DNA of 64,000 nt, taken from positions 3,048 through 67,047 of the forward strand of contig JAIXWV010000037.1 in assembly GCA_027491115.1 (NCBI GenBank), written 5' to 3'. This document shows positions 9,477-18,222 of this stretch, piece by piece; the first letter of the stretch is position 1; every line of letters begins with the position of its first letter. The translations under genes were made by a program, and so were the position numbers. This DNA comes from Pseudomonadota bacterium. GTDB lineage: Bacteria; Bdellovibrionota; UBA1018; CAIMNF01. The notes below the pieces were generated by a model. It saw nothing but the letters and a program-made list of their open reading frames with translations. It did not search any database and was not told where the DNA came from.

Positions 9477-11125
9477 TTTTCAGTCGCCCAACGCATCGCC
9501 CAGTCGCTTTTGAAGAGAATCACCGGATTCTCGTCCCGATCAAGCAGGCAACGGGAGTCTTCTCTCCGCTCGAAACGGTCCGCATCAAGGTTCGCACCCT
9601 TCAACCAGCGCGCGTGTTGATAGGGCAATCGTTCAATTCTGATGTCCACCGAGTACTCCGCTTTCAAGCGGTGCTGGAGGACTTCGAACTGGAGCGCTCC
9701 GACCGCGCCGAGTACAGGATCTTTGTCTCCCATTCCCCTTTGGCGGTAGATCTGGACCACGCCCTCTTCTGCAAGCTGATCGAGGCCCTTCTGGAGCTGT
9801 TTGCGCTTCATCGGGTCGAGAATCAACACACTGGCAAAATGCTCTGGCGAGAATGAAGGCACGCCCTTGTATTCGAGTCCCTTCATTTCGGTGATGGTGT
9901 CACCGATCCGGAGTGAACTATTGGTGTCCACCAGCCCGATGACGTCACCGGGCCAGGCTTCCTCCACCACCACGCGCTCCTGACCGAAAAAACTGACCGG
10001 CATGGCCAGTTTGATGTCTTTTTCCAAACGCGAATGCTTCACCAACATGTTCCGAGCGAATCTTCCTGAACAAATCCGGATGAAGGCGACGCGGTCACGG
10101 TGGGCCGGGTCCATGTTCGCCTGGATCTTGAACACAAATGCTGAAAATTTGGGTTGGGCAGGGTCGATGTCTCGATCTCCGTCCGATCTCGGAGCAGGCT
10201 CAGGTGCGAGTTCGATGAAACGGGTGAGGAAGCGCTCCACTCCGAAGTTGTTCATCGCCGAACCGAAAAATACGGGAGTGAGGTCCCCCTTCAAAATCCG
10301 GTCCCAGTCGAAGGCGTCTCCCGCCATTTCCAGGAGTTCGAGTTCGGTCTTGAACTGGTCGTAAAGTTCCCTCGCTTCGTACTCGTCTTGTCTTTCACCA
10401 CCGAGAGACTTCAGAAACTCGGGGTCGTCCACTCCTGCCATTTTTTTGGATTCGATCCGCTTTCCTTTTTGATCGGAGTCTTTCTGGAAAAAATGGATCT
10501 CTTGGGACTGTCGATCGAACACTCCACGAAAGCGGTCTCCCGAACCGATCGGCCAGGTCATGGGGCAAGAGCGGATACCGAGCACCTTTTCGAGTTCGTC
10601 CAACAAGTCGAGAGGCTCACGCGAGGGGCGGTCCATCTTGTTGATGAAGGTGAAGATGGGCAGGCCACGCATTCGGCAAACTTCGAAGAGTTTACGAGTC
10701 TGAGGCTCGACCCCTTTTGCCGCGTCGATCAGCATGACGGCTGCATCGGCAGCCATGAGGGTCCGGTAGGTGTCCTCCGAAAAGTCCTTGTGGCCGGGAG
10801 TATCGAGGAGGTTGATGATCGTTCCGTTGTACTCAAACTGAAGCACGGAGGTACTGATCGAGATCCCGCGCTGTTTTTCGATCTCCATCCAGTCGGAAGT
10901 GGTGTGACGTTGGTTGGCTTTGGCCCGGACGGCACCGGCCAGGTGAATGGCTCCACCGTACAGGAGGAGCTTCTCGGTGAGTGTGGTCTTTCCGGCGTCA
11001 GGGTGCGAGATGATCGCAAAGGTCCTCCGACGTTGGATTTCTTCTTTCAGTTTGACGATGGAATCGCTCACTGGAGCGTGATAGCAAAATTCCCCAATCT
11101 TTTCAAGAATATAAAGAATGCCCAA
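9425..11125 (-). CDS. prfC: Peptide chain release factor 3 (GTPase)
   Basis: RRTFAIISHPDAGKTTLTEKLL (G1), LLDTPGHKDF (G3) and INKMDR (G4). An in-frame GTG at 11071 would give a more typical N-terminus, so the start is uncertain by 18 codons. Confidence 0.92.
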   Translation of the reverse strand: MGILYILEKIGEFCYHAPVSDSIVKLKEEIQRRRTFAIISHPDAGKTTLTEKLLLYGGAIHLAGAVRAKANQRHTTSDWMEIEKQRGISISTSVLQFEYNGTIINLLDTPGHKDFSEDTYRTLMAADAAVMLIDAAKGVEPQTRKLFEVCRMRGLPIFTFINKMDRPSREPLDLLDELEKVLGIRSCPMTWPIGSGDRFRGVFDRQSQEIHFFQKDSDQKGKRIESKKMAGVDDPEFLKSLGGERQDEYEARELYDQFKTELELLEMAGDAFDWDRILKGDLTPVFFGSAMNNFGVERFLTRFIELAPEPAPRSDGDRDIDPAQPKFSAFVFKIQANMDPAHRDRVAFIRICSGRFARNMLVKHSRLEKDIKLAMPVSFFGQERVVVEEAWPGDVIGLVDTNSSLRIGDTITEMKGLEYKGVPSFSPEHFASVLILDPMKRKQLQKGLDQLAEEGVVQIYRQRGMGDKDPVLGAVGALQFEVLQHRLKAEYSVDIRIERLPYQHARWLKGANLDADRFERREDSRCLLDRDENPVILFKSDWAMRWATENYKDLEFLTTAPPKRNS

Positions 11126-11168
11126 AGAAAGTCCTTATGCCCGACTGTTTTAGTCCGATAAGTGAAGT

Positions 11169-11624
11169 ATGAAAAGTGCGGAACAACCGACCATTGCCAT
11201 CGTAGTGACCCGGGACGGGGGGGAACCTGTCCTAGCCGATACGCTGACCAGCCCCGAGGAGATTCTCGAGCTGGAATTGGCAATGATCAATCGGGAGCCT
11301 GAGCCCCTGAAGCGGGTGGAGGCATTCCGAACCAAGCAAAGAGCCGATGATGAGGAGTTTGCGGACTATGTGGAGAGCCTCCTGTCTCAGCCCTTCCTGA
11401 AGCCCGAAGTTCAGGAACACGCGGTCCAGTGGTTCAAATCCCGTTCAAAAATAGAGAGTTACCAAAAGGCCGAAGATGAGGCCTCACGGGTGATTGCTCA
11501 ATATGCTTTCCAGGTATTTGCCGACGATCCAGCCAAGACTGATTTTCTATTGGCTGGCCCCAAGGCCCGAGTGAGGATCCGGGTCATCGACCTGACTGCC
11601 TATCGGCCCGCCTTGGCCGCTTGA
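11169..11624 (+). CDS. Hypothetical acidic cytoplasmic protein
   Basis: 151-aa ORF with no competing ORF of similar quality. I recognise no motif. Confidence 0.45.
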   Translation: MKSAEQPTIAIVVTRDGGEPVLADTLTSPEEILELELAMINREPEPLKRVEAFRTKQRADDEEFADYVESLLSQPFLKPEVQEHAVQWFKSRSKIESYQKAEDEASRVIAQYAFQVFADDPAKTDFLLAGPKARVRIRVIDLTAYRPALAA

Positions 11625-11718
11625 GTTGACGATTTCAGACAAAAACCATTTGCCCGGAAGGCGCATCTTGTCGTAAACCTACCGCATCGCATTTCATAGG
11701 CGATCGAAAGGTGCAGAC

Positions 11719-12207
11719 ATGAGAAGCTTGCTCGGCTTATTGGTGTTCTTCCTCGGGATTCAGGTTGCAGAGGCGTCGTTCTCGGAAGCCGTTCCCCCTT
11801 GCCTCGATGATCGGTATCAGCCTTTGAATCTAGACAACTCCCATGTGCTTCGGCTGAGAGAGAGTACTCAGGACCAATACAAGGATCGGGCCTTCGTGAA
11901 CGGCGTGGTCACCAACGTTTATGCCGATCGAACTGGGCACAACCATTTTGCACTCAATTTGGACTCCCATCCCGCAGGAGATATCGAGATCATCTACAAC
12001 CAGAAGTTCGGGCGCCTTCCTCAGATCGTTCCCGGAATGAATGTTTTGGCTTGCGGGGACTACATCACCGCGGGCCCGCGCTCAAGGCTTCCTTCTCCCA
12101 TGGGTGCGATCATCCATTGGCTTCATTACAATCCGGGTGATCGTGACGGTGGCAAGCATCCTCACGGATTCCTGGGAGTCAACGGCCGGATCTACGGTTA
12201 CCACTGA
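11719..12207 (+). CDS. Secreted hypothetical protein, DUF3465-like
   Basis: AAAGGTG Shine-Dalgarno and a signal peptide (LLVFFLGIQVAEA). The C-terminal IIHWLHYNPGDRDGGKHPHGF resembles the HWTH..P...H.GW signature I recall for DUF3465. Assignment is from memory only. Confidence 0.5.
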   Translation: MRSLLGLLVFFLGIQVAEASFSEAVPPCLDDRYQPLNLDNSHVLRLRESTQDQYKDRAFVNGVVTNVYADRTGHNHFALNLDSHPAGDIEIIYNQKFGRLPQIVPGMNVLACGDYITAGPRSRLPSPMGAIIHWLHYNPGDRDGGKHPHGFLGVNGRIYGYH

Positions 12208-12210
12208 AGC

Positions 12211-13443
12211 ATGACCGCGTTTGCTCCTCACTTTCCCTCCGAACTGGATTTAATCAGTGATCCGAAAAAAATCGTCGAGATCGGAAAGTCTCTTTCCGAG
12301 GCAAAGTGGATTGCTTACGACACCGAATTCATCCGGGAGAGCACCTTTTATCCCAAGTTGGAGGTCCTTCAATTGGCCACGCCGGACGAGGCTTGGCTGA
12401 TCGATGCGAAGGCGGTCCATAAGCGGGAAATGGCGCCTATCCTTGAGGCCTTAACCAACCCGTCTATCCTCAAAATCGTTCATGCTGCACACGGGGATCA
12501 AGAGTGCCTCCTGGCGAGTTACGCCATTCTTGCCCAACCGCTCTTCGATACGGCTGTCGGAGCCTCTTTGTGTGGTCTCGGAGACAATATTGGACTGGGG
12601 AATTTGCTCAGGTCAGTGTTGGGTATTGAGCTTCCGAAAGGATATGCCCGGACCAACTGGTCCAAGCGTCCGCTTCCCAAGCCCGTTTTGGAGTATGCGC
12701 TTCTCGATGTGAAGCATCTGATTGAAGTGGCAGAAATACTTTTCAAGCGTCTTGACGAGAATGGACGAAGAGATTGGGCGCTCGATCTTTCCTCCAAATT
12801 CTCGGATCGTAATCTTTATGAAGTCCCACCCGAGGATATCGCTAAGCGCCTCGCACAGTCCGGGAAGTTTCATGTGCGGGACTATGCCATTTTGCTCGAG
12901 CTCGTTCGTTGGCGGGAAGCCCGTGTCCGCGAGCTGAACGTGCCCAGGCGTTGGTTGGCTGAGGATGGTGTCCTGATTGATTTGGCAAAGATCAAGCCAG
13001 CAACACTGGAGCAGCTCCAAGGGTTCCGTGGACTGTCCAAGGGGGAGACCAAGGCCCCTCATGGTGAACGGATTCTCGAAGCGGTGATTCGCGGGATCGC
13101 AAGTCAGGACGAGATCCCGGTCGAGGTGAAGCGTCGCAACATCCTTCAACCGAGCTCGGAAGAAGGGCGGGCGATGGATCTGCTTCGCGTGGTGCTCGAC
13201 ATTCTTTCGGATGAGTTCCGTGTTTCGGCCAAGCACATTGTGCAGCCCCAGAACCTCCTGCCTCTTCTCAGACTCCACCCGAAGGAGCTTTCGGATCTTT
13301 CTGATTCCGGCTTGGTGAGTCCGCAATTGGGCGATTCAGGGTTACAGGTCCTGTTGTCTTTCCTGAATGGCGAACTCCGGCTCTCTCTCGAGGGAGGCCG
13401 TACCGTCAAGCTCAAGGGTAAGGATCAGGTCGAGGGCGAGTAG
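12211..13443 (+). CDS. rnd: Ribonuclease D (DEDD 3'-5' exonuclease plus HRDC)
   Basis: Exo motifs AYDTEF, HAAHGDQECL and YALLDVKHL, followed by an HRDC-like region. 410 aa. Confidence 0.85.
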   Translation: MTAFAPHFPSELDLISDPKKIVEIGKSLSEAKWIAYDTEFIRESTFYPKLEVLQLATPDEAWLIDAKAVHKREMAPILEALTNPSILKIVHAAHGDQECLLASYAILAQPLFDTAVGASLCGLGDNIGLGNLLRSVLGIELPKGYARTNWSKRPLPKPVLEYALLDVKHLIEVAEILFKRLDENGRRDWALDLSSKFSDRNLYEVPPEDIAKRLAQSGKFHVRDYAILLELVRWREARVRELNVPRRWLAEDGVLIDLAKIKPATLEQLQGFRGLSKGETKAPHGERILEAVIRGIASQDEIPVEVKRRNILQPSSEEGRAMDLLRVVLDILSDEFRVSAKHIVQPQNLLPLLRLHPKELSDLSDSGLVSPQLGDSGLQVLLSFLNGELRLSLEGGRTVKLKGKDQVEGE

Positions 13444-13844
13444 GTCGTCCTGTTGGCCACTGGCTGGTGGTAGAGGACCTGAATCACGATTCCGTCCGGA
13501 TCTTCCAGGTAAAAGGATCTGGCACCGTCGCGGTGGGTCTTGATCTCTTTCAGGATCTTGGCGCCTTCTTTTTGAACGTGAGCGTACCACTCGTCGACCA
13601 TCTCCGGGGTCGGAACAAAAAAGCCGATATGATTCAAAAAGCCTGCCCGATGCAGAGGGGCGTCCGATTGATGGAGCGCCAGATTGTCCAGCCCCGGGCC
13701 CTGTTCGTCCACCGAGGTCACATACACGCTCTTCGTATCCGGTTCCCATTCCACCTGCATCCGGAAGACCCGGCAATAGAACTCCTTAGAGACCTGTGCG
13801 TTCCGGACATTGAGTGCGATGTGTCTCATTCCCTGCGTTTTCAT
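13425..13844 (-). CDS. VOC / glyoxalase-bleomycin resistance family protein
   Basis: 139 aa. MRHIALNVRN...FY start, later HIGFFV and a C-terminal YLEDPDG metal-ligand pattern typical of VOC folds. Confidence 0.75.
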   Translation of the reverse strand: MKTQGMRHIALNVRNAQVSKEFYCRVFRMQVEWEPDTKSVYVTSVDEQGPGLDNLALHQSDAPLHRAGFLNHIGFFVPTPEMVDEWYAHVQKEGAKILKEIKTHRDGARSFYLEDPDGIVIQVLYHQPVANRTTYSPST

Positions 13845-13884
13845 CGTGTTTCACTCTAGCATCGAATTGAGTTAAAATGAATCC

Positions 13885-14136
13885 ATGAAGAAGGTCACTG
13901 TTTATTCCATGCTCAATTGTCCCTACTGCGTGAAAGCCAAGGCGCTCCTGACACAAAGGGGGGTAACGTTCGAGACCATCATGATTGACGACTGGTCGGA
14001 CGAAGCCTGGGATGAGTGGGTGAAAAAAAGTGGAATGAAAACCGTTCCACAGATCTATGTGGACGGTCAGCTGATCGGCGGATACACCCAGCTCGCCGAA
14101 GTCGATACGAAGGATCAGCTCTCAAGTTTGAAATGA
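13885..14136 (+). CDS. grxC: Glutaredoxin 3
   Basis: 83 aa, CPYC active site and TVPQIYVDGQLIGG. Confidence 0.9.
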   Translation: MKKVTVYSMLNCPYCVKAKALLTQRGVTFETIMIDDWSDEAWDEWVKKSGMKTVPQIYVDGQLIGGYTQLAEVDTKDQLSSLK

Positions 14137-14139
14137 GGT

Positions 14140-15012
14140 TCAGGAGAAGCGGGTGACGTACTGACATCTCCGACACAGGGGATCAGTCAGTTTCCTCGCC
14201 AGGAATCCTTCCAACATCTCGCGGGCTTTCGGTGTGTCCAGGATCTCGGTCAGGGGTTGCTCTCCGATTTTCCCTAAGGGGATGCGGCCCTCCTTGTCTA
14301 GACAGCAAGGAACTACCGTGCCGTCCGCCAGGATTCCAATATGGTTCCTGAGTCCCATGCAGGTTCCCCGGTCTCCGAGTTCGGGGAGCGAAGGATCGGG
14401 CCAGACGAATTCGGTGTCGTAGTGGATGTAGAGCCTGTTCAACAGGCGATGGCTCTTTTGTTTTCTGACATCACCGATATCCGGAATCTTCAGACCGAAT
14501 TCCTTCTCGATCAGGGTCCGGATTTGTCCGTTGGTATCGTGGTCGGACTCCGGATCTTTCAGGTTCCACAACCGGTAGTTCAAGTAGAGATCAGGACGGC
14601 GCTCGAATGCCGCCCGGGTGAAGTCAAAGATCTTCCTCAGGTAAGGCCCTGGATCTTCTCCCGGATGATTGTCGGCAAAGCTGTGAACCGAAAAGTTCAC
14701 TTGCCGGATGGCGGGGTGGAGCAGCAGTTCCGCTCTGGCATCGGTTAGAAGTGCGCCATTAGAAACAAAAAACACCGGGACTTTTTTCGAGCCACAAAGA
14801 TCGAGCATCCGGGGCAGGTCCGGATGGAGTAAGGGCTCCCCCATGAGGTGGAAGGTCACTTGCTCGGTGAGTGGCGCAACCTGGTCGAGGACGGTCTCGA
14901 ACAAGGGCAGTCGCATCAGCTGTTTGGCGCGAATCACCTCAGGGCAAAAACTGCATTGGAAGTTGCAGATGTTGCTGATCTCGATATTGATCTTGTGAAA
15001 CCGACGGGTCAT
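14140..15012 (-). CDS. Radical SAM protein with C-terminal SPASM-type Cys cluster
   Basis: CNFQCSFC (Cx3Cx2C) at residues 16-23. The C-terminal Cys pattern is VVPCCLD...PLCRRCQY. Confidence 0.85.
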   Translation of the reverse strand: MTRRFHKINIEISNICNFQCSFCPEVIRAKQLMRLPLFETVLDQVAPLTEQVTFHLMGEPLLHPDLPRMLDLCGSKKVPVFFVSNGALLTDARAELLLHPAIRQVNFSVHSFADNHPGEDPGPYLRKIFDFTRAAFERRPDLYLNYRLWNLKDPESDHDTNGQIRTLIEKEFGLKIPDIGDVRKQKSHRLLNRLYIHYDTEFVWPDPSLPELGDRGTCMGLRNHIGILADGTVVPCCLDKEGRIPLGKIGEQPLTEILDTPKAREMLEGFLARKLTDPLCRRCQYVTRFS

Positions 15013-15149
15013 CCCCTGCGGTCTAACACATGTGACGGGGGAGGGGAATGCAGAATGGAGAAAACCGCCGCTTTTGCCGGCACTTGCATCAAGTTCGGTT
15101 TTTTCGCTGGATTCCGTCCATGGGATCCCGATACACTGTAACAGTCTCG

Positions 15150-15169
15150 TTCCGAAACGGATTTCGGAA
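15150..15169. promoter_or_regulatory. Perfect 8-bp inverted repeat TTCCGAAA-cgga-TTTCGGAA in the divergent radical-SAM / S8 protease intergenic region
   Basis: Read directly from the sequence. Its 3' arm runs into the AAAGGA Shine-Dalgarno-like sequence 13 nt upstream of the protease ATG. Any role (operator or 5'-UTR hairpin) is inferred. Confidence 0.3.
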
Positions 15170-15185
15170 AGGATGAAGTAATACG

Positions 15186-16376
15186 ATGCGGAAAAATGGA
15201 TTTTTCCTCGGAATCGGTCTCAGCCTCCTGCTTCAAGCTTGTGGGAGCAGTGCTCCCGAAGCAGACGGGATCATCACCCTCATCAATCAAGAACCCGTGG
15301 TGATCCGGGATCCTCAGCAGGCCAAACAGGTTTGTGAAACCCGTTTCTGCGAGCCGAATTACCTACTCTATGCCAACTTTGCCCGCCGTCGCCCGCCGGC
15401 CACTCTTTCGGTGACACCCTCTCCCGCGCCTCGTCCCGTGTTGGATGAATCCGTTCCTCTCAATTTCGGGAAGAGCGGAGACCTGTATGACATGGCTAAA
15501 GTGATCATGAACGTCTCGGAGGCGTGGGAAAAAGGCGTTGGTACGGAGATCGTGGTGGCCAACATCGACTCAGGTATCGAGCTCAACCATTCGGATCTGG
15601 TACCGAATTTATGGCGGAATCCAGGAGAGAGGGCCGAGAACCCCGGTCGCGATCACGATGGTAACGGTTTGCCGAACGACGTACATGGCTATGATTTTTA
15701 TTCCGATCGGGGGAACCCGGTGGATGAGAACGGTCATGGCACCCACACGGCCGGAACCATCGGTGCCACACGAGATGGTGTGGGTGTGGTCGGAATCGCC
15801 CCCGGTGTGAAAATCATGTCGATCCGGTTTTTAGGGCCTGAGGGGCAGGGCACCACTGAAGGAGCCATTCGATCGATTCGCTATGCCGTCCGGATGGGGG
15901 CCCGGGTGATTTCGGCCTCCTGGGGTGGCCCCGGTTTCAGCTCTTTACTTGCCCAGGCCGTGCAAGAAGCTGTCGACGCCGGAGTGGTCTTTGTCGCAGC
16001 GGCCGGGAACGAGGGACGTGATATCGATCGAATTCCGGTCTATCCTGCATCTTTGCCGGGAGTGATCGCAGTGGCTGCGAGCAACTCCATTGATCAATTA
16101 GCGGCGTTCTCGAACTTCGGATCTTCATCGGTCTGGATTGCGGCTCCAGGCGATCGGATCTATAGCACTCACTTGAACGGTAGATATGCCTCGCTTTCCG
16201 GGACCTCTATGGCAACTCCGCAAGTGGCTGGAGCTGTGGCTCTGGCTCTCGGTAGAAACCGTTCGCTATCCCCGGCTTCAGTGAAACAGTTGATTTGTTC
16301 CACTGCAGACTCGCGATTTCAATCCCAAGTCCGATGTGGGCGGATCAATGTAGGGAGAATGCTCCGGGCGCTTTGA
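15186..16376 (+). CDS. Subtilisin-family (S8) serine protease, lipoprotein signal
   Basis: Lipobox LLQAC. The catalytic triad contexts are NIDSGI (Asp), HGTHTAGTIGA (His) and GTSMATPQVAG (Ser). Confidence 0.9.
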   Translation: MRKNGFFLGIGLSLLLQACGSSAPEADGIITLINQEPVVIRDPQQAKQVCETRFCEPNYLLYANFARRRPPATLSVTPSPAPRPVLDESVPLNFGKSGDLYDMAKVIMNVSEAWEKGVGTEIVVANIDSGIELNHSDLVPNLWRNPGERAENPGRDHDGNGLPNDVHGYDFYSDRGNPVDENGHGTHTAGTIGATRDGVGVVGIAPGVKIMSIRFLGPEGQGTTEGAIRSIRYAVRMGARVISASWGGPGFSSLLAQAVQEAVDAGVVFVAAAGNEGRDIDRIPVYPASLPGVIAVAASNSIDQLAAFSNFGSSSVWIAAPGDRIYSTHLNGRYASLSGTSMATPQVAGAVALALGRNRSLSPASVKQLICSTADSRFQSQVRCGRINVGRMLRAL

Positions 16377-16379
16377 TTC

Positions 16380-17474
16380 TCAGATCATTGCTTGATTCCG
16401 GATTTCAGGATTCTCTTTCATGAATTGGACCAATCGAGGGACATACTCCTCAAAACGAGGGCAATGGATTCCCAGTCTTTCCAAATGAGTTGTGGCATTC
16501 GTGGTGTCGTAGGATGTCGGGTGAACAAAATAATCGAGTGAGGACCTCGGAATGCCGAGCCAACTTTCCAAGCCCGGAACGCCACCCACAGCAGATTTGG
16601 CCAGCCACTTCGGCAGAGGGATCTCGATCAGTTTTTTTTCACAAGCTTCGGCGATGACCCTGACCGTATCGCGGATGCTCAGAGGTGCGGGATCAGCCAA
16701 CTGAAAGGTCTTTCCTGTGGTGGTGGGATCACAGCAAAGTGCTGCAATCGCATCGACGACAAAATCACTTGGAACGAGGTTGATGGTGTAGCGATCCGGA
16801 TCCCCGAGTCGGGGCAACAGTGCACGCTTACCCTGCCGGAGCAACCACTGCATCACAAAGTAGGGGCCATCAAACTTTTGAGTCTCGCCGGTGCGACTGT
16901 TTCCTACCACGATCGCGGGTCGGAAGATGGTTGCAGGCAGTCCTTGCTTCATGGCTTCTCGAACCGCTGTTTCAGCGGCATGCTTTGAAGATTCGTAATG
17001 ATTGTTGAATACCGTGGCTTGCTCGAGATCTGCTTCCCTGAATACCCCGTTGAATCGGCCACTCACATAACAGGTGCTCACATAATCCAGTCGATGGAAT
17101 CCGGTGAGTTTCTCGCAGAACCGGAGGATGTTCACCGTCCCGTCCAAATTGATTTTCTGCGCGATCTCTCGTTTGACATTCAGATCGTAAACTGCGGCGA
17201 AGTGTTGGACTCGGCTCACATCCCTCATTGCTTCAGGCTCGGCGATTCCGAGGCCGGGGCGGGTGATGTCTCCCACCATCAATCGGACTCTCTCGCGTAT
17301 TTCCGGACGTTTGAGGGTCCAGGAGTCGAGCTTCTGGGTCGCCAGGGGTAGGAACTTTTCTTGAACCAAGCAAGTGAATCGATCGGTACTCTGATCCATG
17401 GAGCGGGAGAGCAGCTCGGATCCAAGGAATCCAGGAAAGCCGGTCAGGAGCACATGGGCGCTTTTTGGGTTCAT
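16380..17474 (-). CDS. SDR-family NAD(P)-dependent oxidoreductase, thioester-reductase/epimerase-like
   Basis: Rossmann motif VLLTGFPGFLGSEL, catalytic YESSKHAAE (YxxxK). 364 aa. Confidence 0.8.
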   Translation of the reverse strand: MNPKSAHVLLTGFPGFLGSELLSRSMDQSTDRFTCLVQEKFLPLATQKLDSWTLKRPEIRERVRLMVGDITRPGLGIAEPEAMRDVSRVQHFAAVYDLNVKREIAQKINLDGTVNILRFCEKLTGFHRLDYVSTCYVSGRFNGVFREADLEQATVFNNHYESSKHAAETAVREAMKQGLPATIFRPAIVVGNSRTGETQKFDGPYFVMQWLLRQGKRALLPRLGDPDRYTINLVPSDFVVDAIAALCCDPTTTGKTFQLADPAPLSIRDTVRVIAEACEKKLIEIPLPKWLAKSAVGGVPGLESWLGIPRSSLDYFVHPTSYDTTNATTHLERLGIHCPRFEEYVPRLVQFMKENPEIRNQAMI

Positions 17475-17595
17475 GGTTTCAGGCTACATGAACAGTGGGT
17501 GCCCATCCACTCTGCACTAACTACAGGTTGTAAATCTTTTTATGCTCATAAATTCAAAGGATTAAGATACTTGTTCAAGTCCGCATGAACTAAAA

Positions 17596-17624
17596 TTGAC
17601 AAAGCGCAAAGTTGTGGTTATAGT
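17596..17624 (+). promoter_or_regulatory. Sigma70-type promoter: TTGACA, 17-nt spacer, TATAGT, ending 6 nt before the TetR ATG (predicts a leaderless mRNA)
   Basis: The -35 TTGACA is at 17596-17601, the spacer is exactly 17 nt, and the -10 TATAGT is at 17619-17624. The ATG is at 17631 and no Shine-Dalgarno can fit between them. Confidence 0.5.
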
Positions 17625-17630
17625 TTAAGC

Positions 17631-18200
17631 ATGCTTGAACTACCTACCAGTAAACGTATCTTGAAAGAGGCCCAAGATCTGATTCAACGTCGTGGATTCT
17701 TCGGCTTGAGTCTTCAGGATCTGGCGGACCGGATTCAAATTCGTAAGCCCAGTCTTTATGCCCATTACGACTCCAAAGAGGCATTGGCTGTTGCGCTTCT
17801 GCAAGACTATCGGGAGGGCTTCCTGAGCTGGTCTTCGGGTTTGGTTGGTCTGTCACCAGAGGCTCGAATCAAAGCGTTTCTCGGGATCTACGACGAATAT
17901 GTGGTGGACGGGAAGGTGTGTCCCCATGCAGCTCTTGCCCTGGATGGTCCTCTTCTACCGGTTTCAATCCAGGAGGCGTACAGAAGCCTCCGCCAGTCGC
18001 AGGTGGTTTGGATTGCCCAAGTAATCTCTGAAGGAGCCAGTAATGGCGAGTTCAGAGGTGATCTCGAGTCCGGAGCACTGGCCGAGCGCCTGATACAGCA
18101 GATGGTCGGGGCCCAACTCGGATTCCGCGTCACAGCGGATCGTGGACGTTACGAAGAGATGAAGGACGAGATCGTCCGCTCCTTGAAAAAGTTCCACTGA
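17631..18200 (+). CDS. TetR/AcrR-family transcriptional regulator
   Basis: N-terminal HTH FGLSLQDLADRIQIRKPSLYAHYDSKEAL. 189 aa. Confidence 0.85.
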   Translation: MLELPTSKRILKEAQDLIQRRGFFGLSLQDLADRIQIRKPSLYAHYDSKEALAVALLQDYREGFLSWSSGLVGLSPEARIKAFLGIYDEYVVDGKVCPHAALALDGPLLPVSIQEAYRSLRQSQVVWIAQVISEGASNGEFRGDLESGALAERLIQQMVGAQLGFRVTADRGRYEEMKDEIVRSLKKFH

Positions 18201-18222
18201 GCGTGCACACTGGCGTTCCTTG

